Assembly: GCA_900546685.1 (NCBI GenBank)
Contig: UREB01000001.1
Span: 1-41,473, forward strand
Reading direction: 5' to 3'
From: an uncultured Eubacteriales bacterium
GTDB taxonomy: Bacteria; Bacillota; Clostridia; Christensenellales; QAND01
DNA length: 41,473 bases
The notes beneath the pieces are model-generated. The model was not told the origin of the DNA, searched no databases, and was given only the letters and a program-made list of their open reading frames with translations. Position 1 is the stretch's first letter, and every line of letters begins with the position of its first letter. Below are positions 28,250-36,994 of the stretch, in pieces. The translations under genes were made by a program, and so were the position numbers.

Positions 28250-29461
28250 TTAGTCCTCCCACAAAGGCGATTTCTGCGGGATCTCCTTGTTGTTGGGCGC
28301 AAAGTGCTTCAGGATAACAAGCGGCTCCACCTTGCTGTGGTTGGAGATCACAACGCCCTCTTTGGCGGCCTTTTCCGAAACGAAGAACTCGTCGGCGGAC
28401 ATCTGGCCGTAGCGCAGCATGATGGCGGCTTCGCAGTCGTGCGGGCCAAAGGTGCCGTGGCCCTGTACGGTGATACAGCCGTAGGCGGCCGCGTCCTTGA
28501 TGGTCACGGTCTGGCCGGGCAATACGGTCAGCTCCTTGGCGCCTACCCACGGGTTGGCGTACACGACCCACTTTTCAATGGCCCCTTCCGGCGCGTCGGT
28601 TTCAACCGGCGGGCGGAAATATTTCTTGCGGTAGTGCGGGTCCACGTTGGCATCCCAATCCATCAGGCTCATGATGTAATCGATATCATCCTTTTTATCG
28701 TCCGGGCAGTTTTCGTTGAGCGAGGTGATGCTGGTTCCCTCGTCCGCCGTAACATTTTCATAGACGCTGTTGACGTCGCTGTTCCACTGCGGCTCGTAGG
28801 TCAGCACAGAGCCGGGCGCATGCACCACGCCCGCCGGGGTATACCAGCCGGTGCCCAGCTCGATGCGGTACGCGCGGGACAGCTCGGTGATGCGGTTATC
28901 CCTGTCCTCAAAGCATTCCAGGCAGGCGCGCACTTCCTCTTTTTTCACGTCCGGGTCAAAACCGAAATAGGTGGCGGGGAATTCGCCGAGGTGGTTATTC
29001 AGCTGCGGCGGGAAATAATACGCTTCCGGCTTGCCGAGACGGCCCACCCGGGCGGCCGCTTCGTTGTCCAAATGCAGATGATGGAACAGCGGCACGTTGT
29101 TGTCAAAGAATTTGCTGTACATCGGCCAGCCGCCGTAGGTATCCATCAGCTCTTGGCCGATGATTTCCGCGCCCAGTTCCTGAATCGCGTCGCGCAACGC
29201 CACCTTTTCCGAGCCGTCCTGGTTCAAGGCGATATAGCTCAGCCCTTCGTCCTCAGCGGCATACGGGCCGTTGTTGGCCACGATCGTAGAGCTGAACCAG
29301 CGCTCCTTCATCGCGCCGCGCTTCATGCCCAGGGCAAAATAATCGTCCGGGTGCAGGCGCAGGCGGTGGCCCGGCTTGGAAAAACAACGCGGGACAAAGT
29401 TGGGCATCATGCGAAAAATGCCCTGTCCCTGTTCAAACACTTCACGTACTTTTTGACTCAT
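28250..29461 (-). CDS. Cupin / phosphomannose-isomerase-like protein, uncharacterised sugar isomerase candidate (start trimmed to MSQKVREVF)
   Basis: 403 aa with AAGGAG 7 nt upstream of the ATG at 29459-29461. MYSKFFDNNVPLFHHLH resembles the PMI type-I metal-binding strand. Family call is tentative. Confidence 0.55.
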   Translation of the reverse strand: MSQKVREVFEQGQGIFRMMPNFVPRCFSKPGHRLRLHPDDYFALGMKRGAMKERWFSSTIVANNGPYAAEDEGLSYIALNQDGSEKVALRDAIQELGAEIIGQELMDTYGGWPMYSKFFDNNVPLFHHLHLDNEAAARVGRLGKPEAYYFPPQLNNHLGEFPATYFGFDPDVKKEEVRACLECFEDRDNRITELSRAYRIELGTGWYTPAGVVHAPGSVLTYEPQWNSDVNSVYENVTADEGTSITSLNENCPDDKKDDIDYIMSLMDWDANVDPHYRKKYFRPPVETDAPEGAIEKWVVYANPWVGAKELTVLPGQTVTIKDAAAYGCITVQGHGTFGPHDCEAAIMLRYGQMSADEFFVSEKAAKEGVVISNHSKVEPLVILKHFAPNNKEIPQKSPLWED

Positions 29462-29510
29462 AGATTTTCTCCTTTCATTTCCATGAAATGATTCTGGTCT
29501 TCTATATCTC

Positions 29511-30995
29511 TTAAAGAGAGAACGGGTTCTCCCCTTCATAGAGCATGGTCTTGGGGCGGTTGAAATCCGCCTTGGCGCCCAATAGGCTGAGCACAGTATA
29601 GAGGTTTTTGCCCGCCTTTTCAAACGCTACCACCCCATGGTGCGGGAAGCGGTTTTTCACCAGCACATGGCGATAGAACCGGCGCATTTCCGGGATGGCG
29701 ATGACGCCGATGCCGCCAAACGAGCACGGATCCACATCCAACACGCTGCCCTCTGCCACATAGCCGCGCAATACGCACCGGGCATCGCCCTGCAAACGGA
29801 ACAGCGTAATGTCGGACGGCGCGATGGCTCCCTCGATGGTGCCGCGGGTAATGACGGGTTCGCCACAGTTTTCCAAGTTGCGGTTCATGATGAGCTGGTA
29901 TTTCATCTCGGCGTTTACCAGGCGCTCCTTGCAGGTGTTGCCGCAGTGGAAGCCCATGAACACCTCATCGCCGGCCAAGCCGGTCTGCTGTTGGATGTGC
30001 TTTTGGTACATCTCTTTGGGCACGGTGTTGTTGATATCCAGCAGCGTGACGCTCTGGCCGGTGACGCACTGGGCGATGAATTCCGAAAGCGCGCCGTAAA
30101 TATCCACCTCGCAGGAAACCGGGATGCCCCGGCCCGTCAAGCGGGAGTTGACATAGCAGGGCACAAAGCCGAACGCTTCCTGGAACGCCGGCCAGCATTT
30201 GCCCGCGATGGCCACGTATTCGCTCATGCCGCGGTTGTTTTCCACCCAATCCAGCAGGGTAATCTCGTACTGCGCCAATTTCGGCAGAATTTCCGGCATT
30301 TTATTGCCGTCGCCCAGCTCTGCTTCCATATCCTTGACCACTTCCGGGATACGCGGGTCGTTTTCATGGGCGTTAAAGCTCATAAACAGATCCAGCTCGC
30401 TGTTTTCCTGGATTTCCACGCCCAGGTCAAACAGCGGGGCAATGGGCGCGTTGCACGCCACAAAATCCGTCGGGCGCGGGCCAAAGCCGAAGATTTTGAG
30501 CTTTTTCACCCCGATGAGCGCACATGCCACCGGCAAAAATTCGTCCTGGATCACAGCGGCCAATTCCTCCGGCATGCCGACGGGCTCTTCCGGAATAAAG
30601 GCCTTTACGCCGCGGATCCCGAGGTTATAGCTGGCGTTCAAAAGCCCACAGTACGCGTCGCCGCGGCTGGAAGCCAAGACCGCGATATCCTCTTCGGCCG
30701 CCGCCACAAACATCACCGGGCCGTCAAAATGCTGGGCCACCAGCGTTTCCGGGCCTTCCGGGCCGAAGTTGCCCAGATACATCACCAGCGCATTGCATTC
30801 CTTTTGCGCCAGCTCCTCCAGCGCCTTTTTGGCGTCCAGCTCGTTTTCCACGGTGGTTTGGATCTCTACCGCCTCTACGCCCCGCGCTGCCAGCGCCTGA
30901 ATCAGCGTCGTGCGTCTGCGTTCAGACAGGTCGATAGGGAAACAGTCACGGCTGACCGCGACCACGCCTAATTTCACTTTGGGAATGTTGATCAT
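29511..30995 (-). CDS. L-fucose/L-arabinose isomerase-family protein
   Basis: 494 aa. N-terminus KVKLGVVAVSRDCFPIDLSERR...VMYLGNFGPEG, with a C-terminal region typical of FucI-like isomerases. AGGAGG RBS. Confidence 0.75.
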   Translation of the reverse strand: MINIPKVKLGVVAVSRDCFPIDLSERRRTTLIQALAARGVEAVEIQTTVENELDAKKALEELAQKECNALVMYLGNFGPEGPETLVAQHFDGPVMFVAAAEEDIAVLASSRGDAYCGLLNASYNLGIRGVKAFIPEEPVGMPEELAAVIQDEFLPVACALIGVKKLKIFGFGPRPTDFVACNAPIAPLFDLGVEIQENSELDLFMSFNAHENDPRIPEVVKDMEAELGDGNKMPEILPKLAQYEITLLDWVENNRGMSEYVAIAGKCWPAFQEAFGFVPCYVNSRLTGRGIPVSCEVDIYGALSEFIAQCVTGQSVTLLDINNTVPKEMYQKHIQQQTGLAGDEVFMGFHCGNTCKERLVNAEMKYQLIMNRNLENCGEPVITRGTIEGAIAPSDITLFRLQGDARCVLRGYVAEGSVLDVDPCSFGGIGVIAIPEMRRFYRHVLVKNRFPHHGVVAFEKAGKNLYTVLSLLGAKADFNRPKTMLYEGENPFSL

Positions 30996-31010
30996 TTGTC
31001 TTGTGCCTCC

Positions 31011-32525
31011 TTATTTTGCTTGTATTGTCTGCAAGGCTTGGTATAGCTTGGTATAGGTCTGGTAGGGCGCTTCATAGCGCTCTGCATCGGCAGAAGGTTC
31101 TGTAACGTCCTGTACGCGCAGGATTTCCAGCGCCTGCGGCAGGCTTTCCCACAGCCCGCAGCCCGCGCCCGCCACCAGCGCCGCGCCAAATGCGCCGCCC
31201 TCGGCTGCGCCGTAGGTCTGTAAGACCGGCAGGCGGAACACGTCCGCGATGATGCGCCGCCACAATTTGCTCTTGCTGCCGCCGCCGGAGATGACGATCT
31301 CCGTCGGCTTTTTATAGCTGGGCATCTGCTCCATCAATTCTGCCACCTGCCTGAGCGAGTACGCCACGCCCTCCAACACGGCCCGGGCAAAATCGCCGTC
31401 GGTATTGAGCGCCGTGATGCCGACAAACGCGCCGCGGGCGTCCGGGTCGTTGACCGGGCACCGCTCGCCGGACAGATACGGCAAAAACAGCAGCCCCTGC
31501 GCGCCGGGCCCCGCCGCCTCGGCCGCCAGATCCCACAGGGCAAAGGGCGTGGTGCCCTTGCTTTGCGCCTGGCGCTGCTTGTCCTGCCCGAAGGTGTTTT
31601 GGAACCAGGCCAGGCTGCCCGCCGCCGCCAGCGTGATGCCGGCCGCATGCCACATGCCGGGCGCGTTGTTGCAAAAGACCTGCAATTTGCCCTCCGGGTT
31701 TTCCATAAACGAGGGCAGGCCGGTGGCCACTACGCCGCTGGTGCCCAGCACCAGGCCCAGCCGGCCGGGCTCTGTTAGGCCCATGGCGGTGGTGGAGATC
31801 ACCGCGTCCCCGCCGCCGCCCACCACAGGCACGCCCGCCGGCACGCCGGTCTGCGCTGCCGCAGCTTCGGTGACTGTGCCGCGGATCTCTGTGGATTCGA
31901 TGCACCGGCCGAACAGGTCTTTGGATAGGCCGAGCTTTGCCAGCAGCCCATCGTGGAATTTTCTGTTTTTTACATCAAACAGGCCGGTGCCCGAAGCGTC
32001 CGACACTTCCGTTGCCAATTCGCCGGTCAGCTGATAGCCGATATAGTCCTTGGGATTTAAGATCTTTACCGTTTTGGCAAAGTTTTCGGGCTCATTTTCC
32101 CGCATCCAGAGGATCTTGCCGCCGGTAAACCCGGTGAGCATGCGGTTGTTTGTCATGGAAAGCAGCCCCGAAAGCCCGCCGGCAGCGCGGGTGATCTCCT
32201 CGCACTGCGATGCGGTGCGCTGGTCGTTCCACAAAAGCGCGCGGCGCACCACGGCACCGTTTTCATCCAGCGCCACCATGCCGTGCATCTGGCCGGACAG
32301 GCCGATGCCCACGATCTCGGTATGCTCCAGGCGGCTTGTCACCTTTTTTAGCGTTTCTGCCGCCGCCTGCCACCAATCCTCCGGCGCCTGCTCGTTCCAG
32401 CCCGGCTTGGGTGTGTAAAGCGGATAGCTTACCAGCGCGCTGGCCAAAATCTTGCCGTCCTGGTCTACGGCGATGGTCTTGGTGCCGGATGTGCCAATAT
32501 CAATGCCAATGACGCATTGGTTCAT
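31011..32525 (-). CDS. FGGY-family carbohydrate kinase (xylulokinase-like; start trimmed to MNQCVIGIDIGTSGTK)
   Basis: GIDIGTSGTK phosphate-1 motif, GLSGQMHG, GGGDAV and ISGGGSKS. AAGGAG RBS. Confidence 0.88.
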   Translation of the reverse strand: MNQCVIGIDIGTSGTKTIAVDQDGKILASALVSYPLYTPKPGWNEQAPEDWWQAAAETLKKVTSRLEHTEIVGIGLSGQMHGMVALDENGAVVRRALLWNDQRTASQCEEITRAAGGLSGLLSMTNNRMLTGFTGGKILWMRENEPENFAKTVKILNPKDYIGYQLTGELATEVSDASGTGLFDVKNRKFHDGLLAKLGLSKDLFGRCIESTEIRGTVTEAAAAQTGVPAGVPVVGGGGDAVISTTAMGLTEPGRLGLVLGTSGVVATGLPSFMENPEGKLQVFCNNAPGMWHAAGITLAAAGSLAWFQNTFGQDKQRQAQSKGTTPFALWDLAAEAAGPGAQGLLFLPYLSGERCPVNDPDARGAFVGITALNTDGDFARAVLEGVAYSLRQVAELMEQMPSYKKPTEIVISGGGSKSKLWRRIIADVFRLPVLQTYGAAEGGAFGAALVAGAGCGLWESLPQALEILRVQDVTEPSADAERYEAPYQTYTKLYQALQTIQAK

Positions 32526-32684
32526 CGTTTCGCTCCTTTCACCCCGCATGGCAGCAGGGTTCTCCGTATGTTCCCTTGTATCCTTATAGCCGTACTCATT
32601 TTACCATATTCTTGGGCATGCAGCGCATCGATTTGTCCGCCCTGCCCGGCGTTGGCCCTTTGGCGCTGCCGAAAAACGGCGCAA

Positions 32685-32713
32685 AGAAAAAAGGGAGCCG
32701 TGCCGGCTCCCTT
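32685..32713 (-). terminator. Rho-independent terminator after darA-like gene
   Basis: The minus strand reads AAAGGGAGCCGGCACGGCTCCCTTTTTT. Confidence 0.65.
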
Positions 32714-32725
32714 TCTGTGTGCTTT

Positions 32726-33061
32726 TTACATTCTTCTAAACTGCTCTACATCCAGGATAAACACCGTGGCCCCGCCCACCGAGACCTCGACGGGATAGGG
32801 AATGTAAAACCCGGTGGTATCCACCGACGGCGCCACCGCGGACACCGTTTGCTTGCGCGCTTTGCAGACCGATTCGATGATGCCCAGCACCTCTTCAAGC
32901 TTAGATTCCTCTACGCCGATCATCACCGTCGTATTGCCCGTGCGCAAAAAGCCGCCGCTTGTGGCCAGGCGCGTGGACCGGAAGCCCTCCTTGACCAGGG
33001 CATTGTTCAGCTTTTGGTTATCTTCGTTTTGCACAATGGCAATGACCAATTTCATGCTCAT
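32726..33061 (-). CDS. darA: Cyclic-di-AMP receptor, PII-like (DarA/PstA/YaaQ family; start trimmed to MSMKLVIAIVQ)
   Basis: KLVIAIVQNEDNQKLNNALVKEGFRSTRLATSGGFLRTGNTTVMIGVEE...YPVEVSVGGATVFILDVEQF closely parallels B. subtilis YaaQ/DarA as recalled. GGGAGG lies 8 nt upstream. Confidence 0.8.
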   Translation of the reverse strand: MSMKLVIAIVQNEDNQKLNNALVKEGFRSTRLATSGGFLRTGNTTVMIGVEESKLEEVLGIIESVCKARKQTVSAVAPSVDTTGFYIPYPVEVSVGGATVFILDVEQFRRM

Positions 33062-33357
33062 ACAATCTGCCTCCCTTTTATACGGAAGTATTCTCTGTTT
33101 TTGTATTCTTATTATACCCCATCCGCGGAAAAAAAGAAATGCCTTTTGCCGCCCTTTGGGCGCATAGCCTACCTTTTCTGCGCCCCGGCGCTTTTTGCTG
33201 CCGCAAAGCGCCCTTTTTCCCCCTTGCTTTGGACAAATATGCGCCATAATGCACAGAAATCCCCCTTAAAATTCGTTTATTCTTCATAAATTCGTAATAT
33301 TTGCTTGATTTTGCCGCAAAAAAATGTCACAATATCTTCACGAGGTGTTTTTTACAG

Positions 33358-34515
33358 ATGAAGGATTGCAAACAAACCCCGCCTGCGGCGTTTCCTTCCC
33401 GCAGGCAGACGGCCCAGCGCCCGGCTCGCACAGCCCCGGCCCCCGGCCGGAAGAACCGCTTACTGCTCTGGGTGGCCAGCGGGCTTGCTTGTTGCTTTGT
33501 GGCAAGTACAGGGCTTTTGATCGCGCTGCGCCCGGCCGCCAATGCGGATGAGGGCATCGCCCAGGGCCAGCTGGAAATCATAGATCCCAACGCGGAAGAG
33601 GTGGCAAAGGCGATGGCGCCCATCTCCGCTTCGGCCGGCACGGCCGAGGGCCAGGTGACCATCACCGTCAACGGCACGCCCGCGGTATCCGTGGCCAACG
33701 AGCAGGCCGCGCAGACCGTGCTGACAAACGTGCTCTCCTCCCAGACCGTGGAAAACGGCAAGGCGGAATTTGTGGACAAGGTAGAGGTAACGCCGTATGC
33801 CGAAGGGTCCTCCGTGCTGGGGCAGGAGGAGGCCACGATGGTGCTTTGCACCGAAAAGGCGCTGAATGTCAAATGCACGGTGGAAAAGACGGAGGAGGAA
33901 GCCATCCCCTTTGAAACGGTGAAGAAAAACGACAGCAGCCTGGTCAAAGGCTCCACCAAGACCAAAACGCAGGGCGAAGAGGGCCTGCGCCGCAAGACCA
34001 CGACCATCACCTACCTAAACGGGCAGGAAACGGCACGCAAAGAGGGCGAATTTAAGACCGTGAAAGAGCCGGTGGACAAGGTCGTGCTGGTGGGAACGAA
34101 AAAAAAGACCAGCAGCAACAATAACAACGGCAGCGCCATCAAGGGCGCGCCCTCGTTTGGCTGGCCGGTCAGCGGCCGCATCACCTCCCCGTACGGCACG
34201 CGGGATGGCAGGCTGCATGCCGGCATAGACATCGGCAAGCCCATCGGCAGCGCCGTGAAGGCCTCGGCGGCCGGCACGGTGACGCGCGCGGGCAGCGCCG
34301 GCGACTATGGCATTTTGGTGGAGATCAACCACGGCAACGGGTGGGTTACCCGCTATGCACACAACAGCAGCGTGAAGGTGAAGGTAGGCCAAAAGGTTTC
34401 CAAAGGCCAAACCATTGCGCTGTCCGGCAACACGGGGCGGAGCACCGGGCCGCATGTGCACTTTGAGATCCGCTACAACGGATCGGCGAAAAACCCGATG
34501 ACCTATCTGCCATAA
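33358..34515 (+). CDS. Membrane-anchored G5-domain + M23 (LytM) peptidoglycan endopeptidase
   Basis: ATG at 33358. TM segment LLLWVASGLACCFVASTGLLIAL. G5-like IPFETVKKNDSSLVKGSTKTKTQGEEGLRRKTTTITYLNG. M23 motifs HAGIDI and GPHVHFEI. Confidence 0.85.
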   Translation: MKDCKQTPPAAFPSRRQTAQRPARTAPAPGRKNRLLLWVASGLACCFVASTGLLIALRPAANADEGIAQGQLEIIDPNAEEVAKAMAPISASAGTAEGQVTITVNGTPAVSVANEQAAQTVLTNVLSSQTVENGKAEFVDKVEVTPYAEGSSVLGQEEATMVLCTEKALNVKCTVEKTEEEAIPFETVKKNDSSLVKGSTKTKTQGEEGLRRKTTTITYLNGQETARKEGEFKTVKEPVDKVVLVGTKKKTSSNNNNGSAIKGAPSFGWPVSGRITSPYGTRDGRLHAGIDIGKPIGSAVKASAAGTVTRAGSAGDYGILVEINHGNGWVTRYAHNSSVKVKVGQKVSKGQTIALSGNTGRSTGPHVHFEIRYNGSAKNPMTYLP

Positions 34516-34529
34516 GCATCCCAGCATGC

Positions 34530-34565
34530 AAAAGGCTGCGCATCGATGATGCGCGGCCTTTTTGT
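34530..34565 (+). terminator. Rho-independent terminator
   Basis: GGCTGCGCATC-GAT-GATGCGCGGCC (one G-U pair) followed by TTTTTGTTT. Confidence 0.65.
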
Positions 34566-34658
34566 TTGCCTTTCACCCCCTGCGGCAGGTGCGCATAGGG
34601 TATAGGCGGAACGATACGAACCAATGTATATATGCCTAATACAGAAAGGGGAAGCCCT

Positions 34659-35639
34659 ATGAACCAATGCATTTTTTTGGAAAAGGAGGCCCGGCAAATC
34701 TCAGCGGAAAACGCCCGGCCGCCCTTGCCCTTCCAGCTGCCGCCTGCGCTGGGGCGCGCAGCGATCAGCGCCGCGCAGGATGCGCCCGTGTGCCTGTACC
34801 CGGCCGATATTTCTCATGTTACGGTGGATACCGGGCGCTGGGGCAGAGTCCCTACGGCGCTGATCGCTCCCAAAGCCCCCTGCCGGCCCGGCGGCGTCAT
34901 CCTCTACATACACGGGGGCGGCTGGGTATTCGGCAGCCTGCACACGCATAAAAAGCTGGTGTGTGAATTGGCCGCGCGCACCGGCCGCGTGGTGGTATTT
35001 CCGGAATACAGCCTTTCGCCCGAGGCCAAATACCCCACCGCGCTGGAGCAATGCTATACCGTGCTGTGCCAGCTGCCCCTGCTCTTGCAGCAGGCGGGCC
35101 TTGGCTGCAAGCCCGGCCCCTTGGCGGTGGCGGGGGATAGCGCCGGCGGCAACCTGGCTACGGCGCTGGCCCTGCTGGCTTTGCAGCGCGGCGGCCCTGC
35201 CATCGACGGCCAGCTGCTGTATTATCCCGTTACAAACTTTGCCTTTGATACGCCTTCCTACCATGCCTTTGCCTGCGGCTATTCGCTCTACCGGGCGGGC
35301 ATGCAGTGGTTTTGGCGGCAATATCTTGCCACGCCCAGCCAAGGCCTATTGTACACCGCCTCCCCGCTGCGTGCGCCGCTGGGCCTGCTGTCTGGCCTGC
35401 CCCGCACCATGATCGTCAACGGCGAAGCGGATGTGCTAAGGGACGACGGCGCGGCCTATGCCAAGCGCCTTTGCCAGGCGGGCGTCAGCGTCACCCGGCT
35501 GGTTATCAGCGGCACGATCCACGATTTTGTCATGCTCAACGCGCTGGACAATACCAACGCCTGCCGCATCGCCATGGACGCTTCGGTGGCCTGGCTGTGC
35601 CGTACGGATCGGCCCTGCCCTACCCCCAACCATCGTTGA
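34659..35639 (+). CDS. Alpha/beta hydrolase, hormone-sensitive-lipase-type esterase
   Basis: HGGGW oxyanion motif (YIHGGGWVFG), GDSAGG nucleophile elbow, and a C-terminal DVLRDDG...HDF. RBS GAAAGGGGA lies 6 nt upstream of ATG 34659. Confidence 0.85.
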   Translation: MNQCIFLEKEARQISAENARPPLPFQLPPALGRAAISAAQDAPVCLYPADISHVTVDTGRWGRVPTALIAPKAPCRPGGVILYIHGGGWVFGSLHTHKKLVCELAARTGRVVVFPEYSLSPEAKYPTALEQCYTVLCQLPLLLQQAGLGCKPGPLAVAGDSAGGNLATALALLALQRGGPAIDGQLLYYPVTNFAFDTPSYHAFACGYSLYRAGMQWFWRQYLATPSQGLLYTASPLRAPLGLLSGLPRTMIVNGEADVLRDDGAAYAKRLCQAGVSVTRLVISGTIHDFVMLNALDNTNACRIAMDASVAWLCRTDRPCPTPNHR

Positions 35640-35645
35640 ATTTCC

Positions 35646-35678
35646 AAAAAAGCGCGCCCCCTGGGCCGCGCTTTTTTT
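35646..35678 (+). terminator. Rho-independent terminator
   Basis: AGCGCG...CGCGCT hairpin with inner CCC/GGG pairs, followed by T7. Confidence 0.6.
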
Positions 35679-35749
35679 GCGCGGCTCTGTTTTTTTGCTC
35701 TGGTTTGCGGTATGATGGGGGTACGCTTTGAAAGGGGGGGACCTTTGCT

Positions 35750-36787
35750 ATGGATCATATGGCAGACCAAACCTATCTACTGGATTTCCTAGTGCGGCTT
35801 TTGCGCACCCACAGCCCCAGCGGCTACACCGAAAATGCGGCGCAGCTGGTGGCCCGGGAAGCTGAGCGCTTCGGCTATATTCCGCACAGAAGCAACAAGG
35901 GCAACGTCATCGTGCCCGTCAAGGGGCGCAGCAGCGAAAAGCATGTATCGATGTGTGCGCATATCGACACCCTAGGGCTGATGGTGCGCTCTGTGGCCGA
36001 GGACGGCCTGCTGCGCTTTGCGCGCATCGGCGGCCCGCTGCTGCCCACGCTGGATGGCGCCTACTGCACGCTGTATACCCGCAGCCAAAAGGCGTATACC
36101 GGCACGGTGCTGTCGCTATCCCCTGCCACCCATGTGTTTGATGACGCCGCCACCCGCCCGCGCGATGAAAAGAACATGGCCGTGCGCCTGGATGAGGCGG
36201 TGCACAGCCCGGAGGACGCGGCAGCGCTCGGCATCATGACGGGCGATTATCTCTGCCTGGACCCCAAAACCGTGGTGACGGACAGCGGCTATATCAAATC
36301 CCGCTTTTTGGATGATAAAGCCAGCGCCGCCTGCCTGATGGCCTTATTGCGCCACATGGTGCAGCAGGAGATCTATCCGCAGTATGATACCGACATCATC
36401 TTTACCGTCCATGAGGAAGTGGGCCATGGCGCGGCGGCGTTTGCCGGTTACAATGAGCTTTTATGTGTGGATATGGGCTGCGTAGGAGAGGATCTTGCCT
36501 GTACGGAGCGGCAGGTTTCCATCTGCGCCAAGGATACCTCCGGCCCTTACGACTATGAGATGACCGGGCGGCTGATCGGCCTGGCCACCCAGCACCAGCT
36601 GCCCTTTGCGGTGGATATTTATCCGCATTACAGTTCGGATGCGTCGGTGGCGCTTGCTGCGGGGTGCGATACGCGCTGCGCGCTCATCGGCCCGGGCGTG
36701 CATGCCTCCCACGGCATGGAGCGCACCCACATCGATGCGCTGATGGCAACGCTGCGCTTGATCGCGCTTTATGCAGCGCTGGGTTAA
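35750..36787 (+). CDS. M42-family metallopeptidase (glutamyl aminopeptidase / endoglucanase-like)
   Basis: 345 aa. LLDFLVRLLRTHSPSGYTENA, CAHIDTLG, FLDDKASAA and TVHEEVGHGAA match the M42 metal-ligand pattern. Confidence 0.82.
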   Translation: MDHMADQTYLLDFLVRLLRTHSPSGYTENAAQLVAREAERFGYIPHRSNKGNVIVPVKGRSSEKHVSMCAHIDTLGLMVRSVAEDGLLRFARIGGPLLPTLDGAYCTLYTRSQKAYTGTVLSLSPATHVFDDAATRPRDEKNMAVRLDEAVHSPEDAAALGIMTGDYLCLDPKTVVTDSGYIKSRFLDDKASAACLMALLRHMVQQEIYPQYDTDIIFTVHEEVGHGAAAFAGYNELLCVDMGCVGEDLACTERQVSICAKDTSGPYDYEMTGRLIGLATQHQLPFAVDIYPHYSSDASVALAAGCDTRCALIGPGVHASHGMERTHIDALMATLRLIALYAALG

Positions 36788-36798
36788 GCGGCTTTTTT

Positions 36799-36820
36799 GC
36801 GGCCCTTGGGCCGCTTTTTT
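36799..36820 (+). terminator. Rho-independent terminator
   Basis: GCGGCCC-TTG-GGCCGC followed by T6. Confidence 0.7.
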
Positions 36821-36822
36821 CA

Positions 36823-36852
36823 TTGAATTTCCCCCCCCTTTTCTGGTATGCT
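36823..36852 (+). promoter_or_regulatory. Putative promoter TTGAAT-18-TATGCT whose spacer contains a C8 homopolymer
   Basis: TTGAAT at 36823-36828 and TATGCT at 36847-36852. The spacer includes CCCCCCCC at 36831-36838. It lies about 140 nt upstream of the DMT transporter start. Confidence 0.3.
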
Positions 36853-36994
36853 AGGGGTAACGTTTTTTTCACTTTTTTGCGGCGCTTGCCGATGGTTTTT
36901 TTCACTCAGTCGGGTTTGTTTTAAAATATGATTGGATTTTTATAAATTTTGCCGTGTCTGCGATGGCTGCGGCAGCAAATAGGAGGTTTTTTTC

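Noticed and set aside
33062-33357. ydaO-type cyclic-di-AMP riboswitch upstream of the M23 peptidase, next to the c-di-AMP receptor gene
   Set aside because: The pseudo-symmetric conserved ydaO core motifs, as I recall them, could not be found in the 296-nt region by eye. Only small hairpins and AT-rich promoter-like sequence are present. An Infernal scan would be needed to be certain.
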